Below, piece by piece: positions 15,301 through 27,931 of a DNA stretch of 64,000 nt (position 1 is the first letter of the stretch; every line of letters starts with the position of its first letter). The notes below the pieces were generated by a model, which worked only from the letters and a program-made list of their open reading frames with translations, was not told the DNA's origin and searched no databases. The position numbers and the translations under genes are program-made. Where the stretch lies: NCBI RefSeq assembly GCF_009914755.1, contig NC_060927.1. One strand, written 5' to 3'. Origin of the DNA: the human T2T-CHM13v2.0 reference genome, Homo sapiens.

Positions 15301-15614
15301 AAGAGGACAAAACCAGAAAATGATAAATCAAACAACAAAGTCTATTAAAATATAATGACCTAAGCTCACCAATTAAATATAATATTGTAAATATAAATAT
15401 ATTTATACAGACACACACACACATATGGTTCTCCTGCTTTTCCTTTTCAGGCTAAATTTTAGTCAGACATTTTAGAGTTTGCTCTAATTGTTATACATAC
15501 TTCACATTTTGCGTGCAATCTGTATTTTACTACATCAAACAGAATGTAGTAACCTTGAAATTAAAAATGTCCCATTACTTTCCCTCCTTTGTGTTTAGTT
15601 CATTTATATATTGT

Positions 15615-15760
15615 TTGTGTGTGTGTGTATGTGTGTATGTGTGTATGTATATATACATATACACTATATATATACTATATATATACACTATATATATACT
15701 ATATATATACACTATATATACATACACATTTTTATATTCTATATATACATGATATGTATA
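15615..15760. repeat. Compound (TG)n/(TA)n microsatellite
   Basis: gtgtgtgt...atatatacactatatatatactatatatatacac repeats. Confidence 0.9.
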
Positions 15761-16189
15761 TTTATCTATCTACTGAAAATTTTAACTCGACACTTAATAT
15801 TTCTGTTGTTGTTCTTAATTCTTGGTATTCCAAGTTTCCTTTTCATATCATTTTCTTCCATCTGAAAACCTTTTTTTTTTCAATTCTTATAGAGCAGTTA
15901 TACTGACATTAACTTCTATTAGTTTTCATTCATCTGAGAATATATTTAACTTCCCTTCATAAAGTATATTTTCATTGGATCTAGAATTCTGGGTTTACCT
16001 TTTTTCGACTCTATAAATGATTCCCACTTCCATTTGGCTTCCATAGTTTTTGATGAGAAATTTATATTCATGCAAACCATTGTCCTCCTATAAATAATGT
16101 GTGATGTTTCTTTGCTTTGAGAATTTTCTATTTCCCTTTTTTAGCTTTAGTTTTTTTACTTTATCTTTAGTTTTTAAAAGTTTAATTAT

Positions 16190-16723
16190 TTTATTAGGGT
16201 TCTCTAGAGGGACAGAACTAATAGGATATATGCATATATGAAAGGGAGTTTATTAAGGAGAAATGACTCACACGATCACAAAGCAAAGTCCGATGATTGG
16301 CCGTCTGCAAGTTGAGGAGCAAGGAAGTCAGTGGTGCATTAGTCTCAGTCCCAAAACCTAAAAGGTAGGGAAGCTGACAGTGCAGCCTTCACTCTGTGGA
16401 AAAGGCCTATGAACCTCTAGAAATCCACTGGTGTAAGTCCAAGAGTCCAAAAGCTACAGTCTGTTGTTCCAGCTCAGGAAGCATTCAGCCCAGGAGAAAG
16501 ATGAAGGCCAGAAGACTCAGTAAGTCGGTCATTCCATCTTCTCTTGCCTGGTTTATTCTAGTTGTTCTAGCAGCTAGTTAGATGGTACCTATCCAGACTG
16601 AGGGTGGTCTGCCTCTCCCAGTCCACTGACTCAAATGTTAATCCCCTTGGCACAGATACACCCAGGAAAAATACTTTGCATCCTTCAAGCCAATCAAATT
16701 GACACTCAATATTAGCCATCACA
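16190..16723 (-). mobile_element. ERVL solo LTR, MLT2B-like
   Basis: 'ttattagggttctctagagggacagaactaatagg' through 'caatattagccatcaca'; TSD ATTAT. Confidence 0.9.
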
Positions 16724-16948
16724 ATTATGATATTTCAGGAAGGTGTTTTTGGGGTTTTATTCTGTTTGGGCCGTTCTGAGCTTCATTAATCTGCAAGTTT
16801 ATATATTTTATCATATTTGAGAAGTTTTCAGGCATTATTTTTTCACATATTTTTTCCTATACCACATTCTTTTTCTTGTGTCTCTGGACCGCCAACAACA
16901 CAGATATTAGGCCTTATGTTGTTTTCCTCCAGGTCTCTGAGACTATTT

Positions 16949-17106
16949 ATTTGTTTTATTTTACCTTTTTATATCTGTTATTCAATTGAATTTTTTCTAT
17001 TGCTGTGTCTTCAAGAATTTTTTCTATTGCTCTGTCTTCAAGATTTGTTTTATTTTACCTTTTTATATCTGTTATTCAATTGAATTTTTTCTATTGCTCT
17101 GTCTTC
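16949..17106. repeat. Nested local duplication, A-B-B-A-B
   Basis: A (40 bp, atttgttttatt...caattg) occurs twice; B (27 bp, aattttttctattgct.tgtcttc(aag)) occurs three times. Confidence 0.9.
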
Positions 17107-17556
17107 TCACTAAAAGATTAGTGAGTCTTTTGTCCATCATTGCTATGCTGCTGTTGATATATTCAAGGTTTTATTTTTTTTTAAAAGTTATTATATTTTA
17201 AAAGTATTAAATTTCCATTTTGTTTGTTGCAGTGTGTATTTACTTACTAGACTTCAACCTTTCAATTTATTTCAAGAGTATTTATGCAATTTGTTGGAAC
17301 ACTTTTATAATGGATGCTTGAAAATTGTTGTTATTGAATTCCACCCTCAGTCTCATAGCTGTAGTGACATCTGAGGTTTATCTTTTCCCACATAAGTTGA
17401 TATTTTGCCTGTTCCATATGCCCATTTTGGATTGTGTTTTGCATTATATTTTTAATATTATGTTGTTACCAATTCCTTGCTTGCCAGTTCTTTTATGATG
17501 ATTTTCCCAAGCTGTTGAGCTAGCTAGCTTACATTTCATATGCCCACACTGTGCTG

Positions 17557-17875
17557 CTTCTTCTTCTTTTTTTTTTTTTTTTTTTTGAGATAGGGCCTTG
17601 CTTTATCGCCCAGACTGGAGTGCAGTGACAAGATCTCAGCTCACTGCAACCTCCGCCTTCTGGCATCCTGGGTTCAAGTGATCTCCTGCCTCAGCCTCCC
17701 AAGTAGCTGGGATTACAGGCGTGCGTCACCATGCCTGGCTAGTTTTTGCATTTGTAGTAGAGACGGGATTTCACCATGTTGGCCAGGCTGCCCTTGAACT
17801 CCTGATCTCAGGTAATCCACCCGCCTCAGCCTCCCAAAGTGCTGGGATTACAGGCATGCATCACCACACCTGGCC
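17557..17875 (-). mobile_element. Alu (AluSx-like)
   Basis: Poly-T tail and antisense dimer ending acacctggcc. Confidence 0.95.
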
Positions 17876-17989
17876 TACTGTACTTCTTTTTAAAATGTGA
17901 CACATTTTTCCTAAGCAACTGAGGAATGTCAGAATTGTACTTGTTAATTCTCTCTGGCAAGAGGAAAAAAATTATAAGCAGTCAGAAAA

Positions 17990-18870
17990 CAAACAGATTT
18001 TTCTTTCTAGCTTTGACAAAATCCAACAAGCAAAGAGCTTAGAAGTTGTCACTCTTGGTCATTCAAGAATAAAACTTAAAATAACTTTTCTTGCATCTGT
18101 TGAGAAAACAGATGTTATAGGACGTTCAACTACTCTAAAATCAGGAGAGACAGGCACATCAAAAGATACACAGAAACTGAGATCTATTATCCAGAGGAGA
18201 AGTCACTGGAGCCATAAACTAATAGGACCATATAAATGATAATGTTGTTAAAATGTTGAATACAGACAACCATAAGAATAAAAAAGTTTCTTGGTGATGC
18301 AGTCTTATTGCAGCCCCTACACTTTTGTGGGCTTTACCTGCAGGAGCCATACCAGTAAGAATCTGAAAAAGATCCTTTCCCGGATCTGACAAGGAGGAGG
18401 AGAAGAGTCATCCTTTAGATAGATCCAGAGTCTTCACTATGTAAATGGACTGCTTTCTAGGGCTAAGTCACGGATAGTGTTTATCCTTCTGGGAAAGGAA
18501 ATTTCTCTGCCTCCAGCTGCTTTCAGTCTTGCTGTTTTACCTAAAGAGGAAAAAATCATTTTCAACAGGTATCAAGGCTTCAAAAATAGATTGGAAGTCT
18601 CGTAGCCAGGGAAGGGAGTGAGGGTGGGGATGAGGAAAAACAAACAAACAAACAATAGCACTGGAGAAACACTTGTGAATGTCACAGCTCCAAGCCACAA
18701 CCCCCATATTTTACCATCACCCTGGCAGGGCTCCAGCACAAAACAACAGTTATAGCAGAAAGGGCTGCAGGTCAAAGGGTCCCTTGAAGGCAGAGTATCT
18801 AGTGAAGGCCAAAGTCAGGAGACAAAAGCCAGATTAGAGGAATTTGAAACTTTTGGTACCTATAGCTATT
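17990..18870 (+). mobile_element. Possible old L1M 5'-region fragment
   Basis: Resembles L1M 5' UTR ('agagcttagaagttgtcactc', 'aaaatcaggagagacaggc', 'ggagccataaact'); weak recognition. Confidence 0.35.
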
Positions 18871-19048
18871 TAAATTTTTCATGTGTAGCTGAAGAATGGA
18901 GTGGGAATATAAAATTTCCCTCTGAAGGTAACAATATCCTTATTTAGATCTTACTATATTCATATTATTCATAAGAAAAAAAATACTGAATTTTTTTTTC
19001 CACTGCGACAGAACACAGTTCCAATCCTGTTTCTCCCACTGTTCTTCT

Positions 19049-19402
19049 TGTCCTAGTTCATTTGTGCTGTATTAACAAAATTCCATGAATTGAGCAACAT
19101 ATGAACAACAAAATTTTATTTTTCACAGTCCTGGAGGCTATGTCCAAAATCAAAGTGCTGACATATATGATGCGTGGTGAGGACCTTCTTTCTGATTCAT
19201 AGACAGTGCCTTCTAGCTGTGTCTTCACATGACAAAAAAAGGAACAGCAGCTATCTGGGGCTTCTTTTATAAGGGGGCTAGAACCATTCATGAGTGCTCT
19301 CCTCCTCTCACAACTTAAAGTCCCACTTTCCACTACCATCACACTGATGATTAGATTTCAACATAAGCATTAGAAGGAAATACAAACATGGAGCCTGTAG
19401 CA
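19049..19402 (-). mobile_element. MaLR solo LTR, MLT1A-like
   Basis: tgtcctag...gtagca termini; 'ttttatttttcacagtcctggaggct', 'tcttttataagggggctagaaccattcatgag'. Confidence 0.8.
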
Positions 19403-19419
19403 TTTATAATACTCTTTTC

Positions 19420-19632
19420 CTGGTTTCTAAGTTTGTGATTTATCAGTTGGCATTTGAAGCACAATGACTGTTAGTTGTGAGGTGCATTACTGCATATTGC
19501 AGGCACTTAGCACACATGGCCACCTGAGCACTCAAGTCCAACTGGACCCATATGTGATTGTGAGAATCAAAAACTTCTTTCTATTTTTCAAACACTCTTT
19601 TGAAGGAAACTCCCCTTAGGCTGCAAACCACT
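19420..19632 (-). mobile_element. MER20-like hAT DNA transposon
   Basis: 'ggtttct...gttgtgagg...ttgcaggcacttagca...ttgtgagaatcaaaaa...aaaccact' follows the MER20 layout. Confidence 0.5.
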
Positions 19633-20227
19633 AGTAGGTAATGCGAGTGTTGGACCCAGTTCTAAAATTATAAGACTATCATAGCCCAAAAAAGTTTTGT
19701 ACACTTGACAAAAACCATGTTATTTCATCACTAATAATTTTTGTAGTTAACACTCTAATTGTCTGAAGAATGGCATTCAGTTACCTTTCTCAGTTTTAAT
19801 GTTTATGAAAATCTCCTTACTTATATCACCCGGAGCCCATTTTATCTGAATAATGAACTATTTGAAATAATCAGTAGCTGTATTTTTTTTTCCTAATTAG
19901 CATTGATTCAGCTACTTGTAACTGTGGAGGCTATTTTGAAGGTAGGGAAATTACAATATAGATTAGTTATAACTGATATTCCAAATAAAGTAGTGGGGAA
20001 GAATGAGGTTACCAGAGTTAATTTCTACTAATTTACACTTAATAAATCATCAAAGAGCAAATTAAATTATCATAATAAACATAATATAATTGTCTTATCT
20101 CTATGAGTAATCACTCAATAACTTTAAATTAGACATGTAGTCATGAGTCGCTGACTTTATTTTAACCACAGTTCCTTACCAACTTCATATTTCTCTTAAA
20201 ATAATTCCATATTATGGTTATATATGA

Positions 20228-20720
20228 TGTAGGAGGGAAGGCTTTCCCTTTAACCTCTGAGGCTTCAGTAACCCAGTCAATGAAATAAACCAGGCAGATC
20301 AACAGGAGAAAAGGTTGCCAAATTTATTGTATGAATACCCCAACAAAAGTAAGACTTAGGAGTTCATATGCCCTCTTCATAGTGGAAAGGGGAGGGAGCA
20401 TGTAGGGAATTTAGGGGAGGGGAAATTATTTTTAGGAAAGATGAAAAAACCCTTAAAAGAAGAAATGATAGTTTCTCTCAAAGTTTGGGTGCTAGTCTCT
20501 TCTCCTGTGATTTGAAGAGTTAATCTTCCTTAGTTGATGTAACTTTTGGGGAGAAGATTGATGACAGTTGAGTTTCTTTTGGAGGATCTGTCTCTAAGTA
20601 GAGAAGGGGAGTTCAGAGATATCCTCTCCCTGCATTTGCTCTTATTCAAATGGCATCAGCTTGAAGTAATCAATATACCAAAGCAGTATATTTTGGGGTA
20701 GCATTTCCTAAAGTCCTACA
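20228..20720 (-). mobile_element. ERV1 solo LTR, MER34-like
   Basis: 7-bp inverted termini tgtagga...tcctaca; 'aatcaatataccaaagcagtatattttggggtagcatttcct'. Confidence 0.75.
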
Positions 20721-21574
20721 TTAGTATATATGAGCATGTATGGGAGTAAAAAGAATGATGACAGCATTCACTTTCTGAACCCTTGCTTATCATGTAGAAT
20801 CCTTTTCAATTATGACCATTATAATACTGGTGAGGATTAGCAATGAGGATTCCATGAAAGTCCTCTAGAGCCTATATCTGGGTTCAAATGAGAGAAACAA
20901 ACACAGAAAAATTATAATATGAGGTCAATGAAAAACTTTCTGAATATTTTTATTAAAACATTATTAAAATATATTGTTTATTTTTTATTTGACAAATATG
21001 TTTACAATGGCTGTGGTATGAAGTACACAGGGCATGGTAATGACAGATGAAGCTAGAGAAGACAGGAAATTCCAAAACATAAAATATCCCTCTGTCTCTG
21101 GAGATGAGTTCATCTTTCACACTTTTAGAGCTGCAGGAAGGCACTGAAATATTGTAATCACAAAAGGCATTTATACTTCTAAGACTTTATCAAGATCACT
21201 CTGGTAATAGTTTAGAAAACATATTTTTAGAAGAAGTTGATTTTATGCTTCTTACATTATTAGATTATTAAATATATTTTCACAAATTCATTGTTTTATT
21301 TAATCTAATAATAAGCTTTATGCTAAAAATTATAAAACTTTTCACAAGCGTATTTTAAATATTATGCTTTGCCAATTTTTCTTTCCATTTCTTCCTGCCT
21401 TCCTTTTATGAAAGTATTTATCTTTACTGTGTTTTATAGTATGTTTGTGGTCTGGAAAAAAATCCCATGAGGAAATCTTTAATAACTTAACCATCGGTAT
21501 CTTAGTTTTTCTACAGTATTGTTAAATCTTTGCCATCATAGAACATCGTGAAATTCAAGTAAGGTTAGATTGAA

Positions 21575-21990
<416 letters not shown>

Positions 21991-22299
21991 CTATATGAAT
22001 GATAGAGATTAAAGAAGGACATTCTTCAAAGGTCTTAAATTAATTACCTAGAACAGTATGTGATAATTATTTCCTTGGGAGTGATTTGTCAACTCTTTAT
22101 TGGATTCAGTATATCAAGTGTCCTCAAAATAAATACAATTTTCTTGAGCTATTTTTATTTGTTTTATGTTTTTTAGAAACAAAATAACATGTCTTCCATA
22201 CTATCAAAATAGCTATTTGGCAAACTAAATAATTAAATATCTGCTGATGTTAAAATAGCTAGTGCATTGGCATCTCTGTATATAAAAAAATATATATAT

Positions 22300-25200
22300 A
22301 TCTGTTTATTGATTTGCATATGTTAAATCAACCTGACATTCCAAGAGTGAAGCTTACATGGTGAATTAAATTTTTGATTTGCTGCTAAATTCAGTTTGCT
22401 AGTAATTTTTTGAGGATTTTTGCATCTCTGTTCATCAGGCATATTGTCCTGTAGTTTTCTTTTCTTGTGTCTTCACCAGATTTTGGTAGGAGAATGATGC
22501 CGACTTCATAGAAGGAGTTTGGGAGAAGTCCCTCCTTCTCAATTTTTTTTTTTTTTGGAATAGTTTCAGTAGGTTTACTAATAGCTCTTCTTTGTATATC
22601 TGGTACAATTTAGCTGTGAATTCATGTGGTCTAGGGTTTTTTTTTTTAGTTGGTAGAAGTTTTATTACTGAGTCAATTTTAGAACTAGTTTTTGGTCTGT
22701 TCAGGATTTCAGTTTCTCCTGACTCAATCTAGGGAAGTTTTCTTTTTCTAGGAATTCATCAGTTTCCACTAGATTTTTCTAGTTTGTATGCATAGAAGTG
22801 TTCATAATAGTCTTTGAGGATCTTTTGCACTTCTCTGGGTTTGGTTGTCACGTCACCTTTATCACTTCTGACTTTGCTTATTTGAATTTTCTCTCTTTTT
22901 CTTGGCTAATCTACTTAGTGGTCTATTGACCTTCTTTATCCTTTCATTGTACCAAGTTTTGGGTTCTTCGATCCTTCATATGTCTTTTGGGGTCTGAGTT
23001 TCCTTCAGTCGACTCTGATTTATTTATTTATTTTTGTCCTCTAGCTTTAGGGTTAGTTTGTTCTTATTTTTCTAAATCCTCTTGGTGCTGTGTTAGATTG
23101 TTAATTTGAGATCTTTCTAAATTCTTGATGTAGGTGTTTTTAGCACTGAAAACTTTCCTTTTAACACTGATTTAGCTACATCCCAGAGATTTTAATATGG
23201 TCTGTCTTTATTAATTATGTTAGCTTTTTTTTTAATTTTTGCCTTAATTTTGTTTTTTACCTCAAAACCATTCAGGAGCAAGATGTTTAGTTTCCATGTA
23301 ATTGTGTGGTTTTGAGAGACCTTCTTGGTATTGATTTCTGTTTTTATTCCACTACTGTCTGAAAATATGAATGGTATAATTTTGATTTTTTTAAATTTAT
23401 TGAGGCTCACTTTATGGCCAAACCTGTTCAAACTTAGAGTATGATACATGTGCAGATGAGAAAAATGTATATTGTGTGGTTGTTGGGTGAAGTATTTTGT
23501 AGATGTATATTAGGTGTTATTGATCATGTATCAAATTTAAGTCTAGAATTTATTTGCCCATTCTCTGCCTTGATTTGTCTAATGCTATCAGTGAGGTGTT
23601 GAAGTTTCCCACTATTACTGTATGGCTGTCTGAGTGTTTTTGTTGGTCTAGAAGTACCTGTTTTATGAATCTGAGTGTTCCAATGTTGGATGTATGTATA
23701 TTAAGGATAGTTGAGTCTTCTTGTTGAATTGAACCCTTTATCATTATGTAATGCCCTTCTTTGTTCTTTTTTACTGTCATTGATTTAAAGCCTGTTTGAT
23801 CTGATGTAAGAATAGTAACTCCTGTTCTTTTATGTTTTCCATTCGTATGATGGATCTTTCTTTATCTCTTTACTTTGAGCTAATGGGAGTTATTACATGT
23901 GATATAGATCTCTTGAAGACAGCAGCCAGTTGGGTCTTATTATTTTTTATTTAGCTTGCTGCTCTTTGCCTTTTAAGTGGTACATTAAGACCATTTACAT
24001 TCTAGTTTAATATTGATATGTGAGGTTTTGATCCTGTTGTGCTGTCGTTAGCTGGTTGCTTTGACGTCTTGATTGTGTAGTTTATAGGAATGTGGGCTAT
24101 GTACGTAAGTGTGTTTTTGTCAGAGTAGATTTGTTTAAAATTTAATAACTCCCATAAATATCTCTTGTAAGGTCAGTCTAGTCAAAATAAATGTCCTTAG
24201 CAATTGCTTGTCTGGGAAGGATGTTATTTTTACTTTGCTTATAAAGCTTAGTTTGGTGGGATAGGAATTCTAGGTTGGAATTTCTTTTCTTTAAGAATGC
24301 TGGAAATAGCCTCTAAATTCTTCTTGCTTATAAGATGTCTGCTGAGAAGTGTGATGTTAGCCTGATGAGCTTCCCTTTGTAAGTGATCTATAGCTGGCTT
24401 TAAGATATTTTTTATTTCACATAGACCTTGTAATGTCTGGTGGCCGTGTGTCTTGGGAATGGTTGTCTTGTGTAGTATCTTGGAGGGGTTCTCTAAATTT
24501 CCTGCATTTGCATGATGACCTTTCTAGCAAGAATAAGGAAATTTTCATGGGTTATATCTTCCAATATGTTTTCCAAGTTGCTTACTCTCTCTTCTTATAT
24601 CTTAGGAATTCCAGTGATGTATAAGTTTGGTCTTTTTACAAAATCTCATATTTCTCAAAGGCTTTGCTCATGCTTTAAATCGTTTTTTCTTTATTTTTAT
24701 CTGACTGGGCTGATTCGAAGGACTAGTCTTATATTATTTCTTCAGCTTTGTCTATTCTGTTGTTAAGGCTTCCATTTGTATTTTGAAATTCCTGTAGTAA
24801 ATTTTTTAAACCCAGATGTTCAGTGTGGTTCCTTCTTAAAGTGGCTTTGTCATCTTTCAACTCTTAAATCATTTTATTGTCTTCCTTGGATTGGATTTCA
24901 ATTTTCTCTTAAATATCTATGAACTTCTCTTCCAGATCCTGAATTCTGTGTCTGTCTTTTCAGACATTTCACTCTGGTTAGCATCCGTTTCTGGGAAGCT
25001 AGTGTGCTCCTTTAGAGGTATAGAACTACTCTGACTTTATGAATGTCTGGAATTCTTGCACTGATTTCTTCTCATTTGAGGGACTCCTGTTTCTGTTTCT
25101 TTTGGAAATGACTGTTTGGATGGTTTTTTTGGCTTCAATTTGTTTTTTTCTTTTGGGCATTTGATGGGGGTGTGTTGTGTAAAGTTGATTGGCTTCATTT

Positions 25201-25809
25201 CTGAGTACTTTCAGAGGGTGAAGGCTCTGTATAATTTCCGAGCTGTGGCTAGTTTCCTGCATTAGGTTTCACAAGTATTGAGGGCTAAAGGAATTCAGTT
25301 TTGTTTGGTGAGGTAATTCAGGCTATGATACAGTAGATGGTGCTTAAGATTAAGGGCTGGCAAATAGGCTTTTAATCAGCATTGTGTGTCTTGTATTTCA
25401 GAGTACATTCAGCAGTGTCCTGGGGAGTGGGAGATAGCGGGGCAAGAGATAACTCCCTCACCAGGTCTCTTTCTGGGCCTTGGGGGAGCCCCCTCCAATC
25501 ACTAGTGCTATGCCTGTGTTTCCTGAGCCCTAACGCAGACTCTTGTGCACTGCACTTTCCACTCCCCTAGAGCCATCCGGAGCTGAAGGTTAGGTCAATA
25601 GGGAAACCACACCTCCTCAGGAACCTGCTGGTCCTCTAAGCTGGGCAGAGTCAGAGCAGGTTTCGGGGAATGTCTGCATTACCTCTATATTGACTTTATT
25701 TTCGCTCAAAAGATCTGTTTGAAGTATGATGGTTTACTTGATACTTGGTTTCTCTTGGTGGGAGAGGTGCTTTTCAGCTGCATTTAGTTGGCCATCTTCT
25801 TTGCTCCCC
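22300..25809 (-). mobile_element. Older primate L1 (L1PB/L1PREC-like): 5' UTR, ORF1 and 5' half of ORF2; 3' half absent
   Basis: ORF2 EN peptides (KEGHYIMIKGSIQQED, GNFNTSL, TWKLN) in 23192-23780; L1 start with YY1 core ggccatctt at 25790-25798. Confidence 0.85.
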
Positions 25810-25834
25810 AAAAGAAGAAAGAAAGAGAGAGAGA

Positions 25835-26270
25835 GAATGATTTAGTATGAGGCTTTAGCTCACTTGATTATGGAGGCTGAGATGTCCCAAGAACTGCCAT
25901 CTACAGGCTAGAGGCAGGAAAGTAGGTGTTGTAATTTCAGTCTGAATCCAAATGCCTGATGACCAGGGGAGATGATGGCATAAACTCAGTGCAAAGGCAG
26001 CAAAATATTGATGTATTTTTCTCAAATAAACAGGCAGGAAGGAAACAAAAAAAGGCAAATTCCTTCTTCCTGTGACTTTTTATTCTATTCAGACTCTGAA
26101 AGGATTAGGTAATGACCAACCACATTGGGGAAGGCAATCTATTTTATTAAACCCACTGATTAAATTACTAATTTCATCTGGAAACCTCCTCACAGGCATA
26201 CCCAGAAATGATATTTAATCTGGGTAACCAATGGCTCACTGAAATAGATGCATAAGAAACCAATCGCATA
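25835..26270 (-). mobile_element. MLT2C/D-like LTR, one end missing
   Basis: 'gattatggaggctgagatgtcccaagaactgccatct', 'ccacattggggaaggcaatct', 'ctcacaggcatacccagaaat'. Confidence 0.75.
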
Positions 26271-27931
26271 TAAGAAAGGTAAATTGTGCATTGAAATATT
26301 TATTCTGCAAGGTACATGGCATGAGTGGTGATTGTGGATCATGGGGAGGAAGAAGATAGTAAGCTGAAGAAGAGAGTGAATATGTTTAACCACATTGATG
26401 GTGCCAATTTGCACTTAGTAAAATGCTGTGTTATTCTCTGTGTATGTTCACCTCCTGAAGTTTGAGATGTGTAGTTACTATGAAAGTACGCTCAGGCCTC
26501 TAGAGAAATGTTTCATCAGATTTCAGATTCTATGGCAATTGCACATGAAGATTTGGTTCGTGTTTATAGAAAATTTACAACCAAATTGAGGAGACAGAGC
26601 TAGTGCAAAGAAAAGAAAATTTATAGGTAAATGTTAGGGATAAGCTGAGTGCTACAAAATAATTGTTTACGAAATAAATTACACAGTTTTCAAAATTCAG
26701 AGGTCACTTCCTCCTTCTTCTCCCTTAGCCTGTGTTCTCAAGAACTTAAAACCTCTTCAATTCACACCTGACCTAAAACCTAAACACCTTATTTTCTTCT
26801 GCAATACCGCTTGACCCCAATACAAACTCGACAATTGTTCCTAATAGCCAGAAAATGGCACTTTCTATTTCTCCATCCTACAATATCTAGATAATTTTTG
26901 TTGTAAAATGGGCAAACGGTCTGAGGTGCCTGACGTCCAGGCATTCTTTTAGACATCAGTTCATCCCTAGTCTCTGTTCCCAATGCAACTCATTCCAAAT
27001 CTTCCTTCTTTGCCTCCTGCCTGTCCCTTCAGTCCCAACACCAAACATTGCTGAGTCTTTTCAATCTTCCTTTTCTGCTGACCCATCTGACCTCTCCCCT
27101 CCTCCCCAGACTGCTCCTCAGGTCACTCCCCACCAGGCTGAATCAGGCTCCAATTCTTCCTCAGCCTCTGCTCCCCGACCCTATAATCCTTCATCACATC
27201 CCCTCCTCACACGTGGTCTGGCTTAACGTTTCATTCTGCAACTAGCCCTCCCTCACCAGCCCAAAAATTTCCTCTTAAAGTGGTGGCTGGAGCTAAAGGC
27301 ATAGTCAAAGTTAATGCTCCTTTTCCTTTATCCAACCTCTCCCAAATCAGTTAGCATTTAGGCTCTTTTTCATCAAATATAAAAACCCAGCCCAGTTCAT
27401 GGCTCATTTGGCAGCAACCCTGAGACGCTTTAAGCCCTAGACCCTGAAGGGTGAGAAGGCCATCTTATTCTCAATATGCATTTTATTAATGCATATTAAT
27501 AATGCTCCCAACATTAAATAAAGTTCCAAAAATTAGATTCTGGCCCTCAAACCCCATAACAGGACTTAATTAACCTCACCTTCAAGATGCACAATAATAG
27601 AGAAGAGTTACAATTACTTGCTTCTGCTGTGAGACAAAACCCAGCCGCACCTCCTGCACACAAGAACTTCAAAACACCTAAGCTACAGCAGTCAGGCATT
27701 CCTTCAGGACCTCCCCACCCAAAGGATCTTGCTTCAAGTGCTGGAAATCTGGCCACTGGGCCAAGGAATGCCTGCAGCCTGGGATTCCTCCTAAGTCGTG
27801 TCCCATCTGTGCGGGACCCCACTGGAAATCAGACTGTCCAACTCAGCTGGCAACCACTCCCAGAGCCCCTGGAACTCTGGCCCAGGGCTCTCTGAGTGAC
27901 TCCTTTCCAGATCTTCTTGGCTTAATGACTA

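Noticed and set aside
15513-15906. Three overlapping Y/I-rich ORFs
   Set aside because: Translation of the (TG)/(TA) microsatellite.
16949-17106. CRISPR-like repeat-spacer array
   Set aside because: Eukaryotic context and the spacers are identical; it is a local duplication.
22300-22345. Old L1 breaks at nearly the same ORF2 position as the young L1 at 58442
   Set aside because: Breakpoints differ by about 20 nt, the elements differ in age and probable mechanism, and n=2; treated as coincidence.
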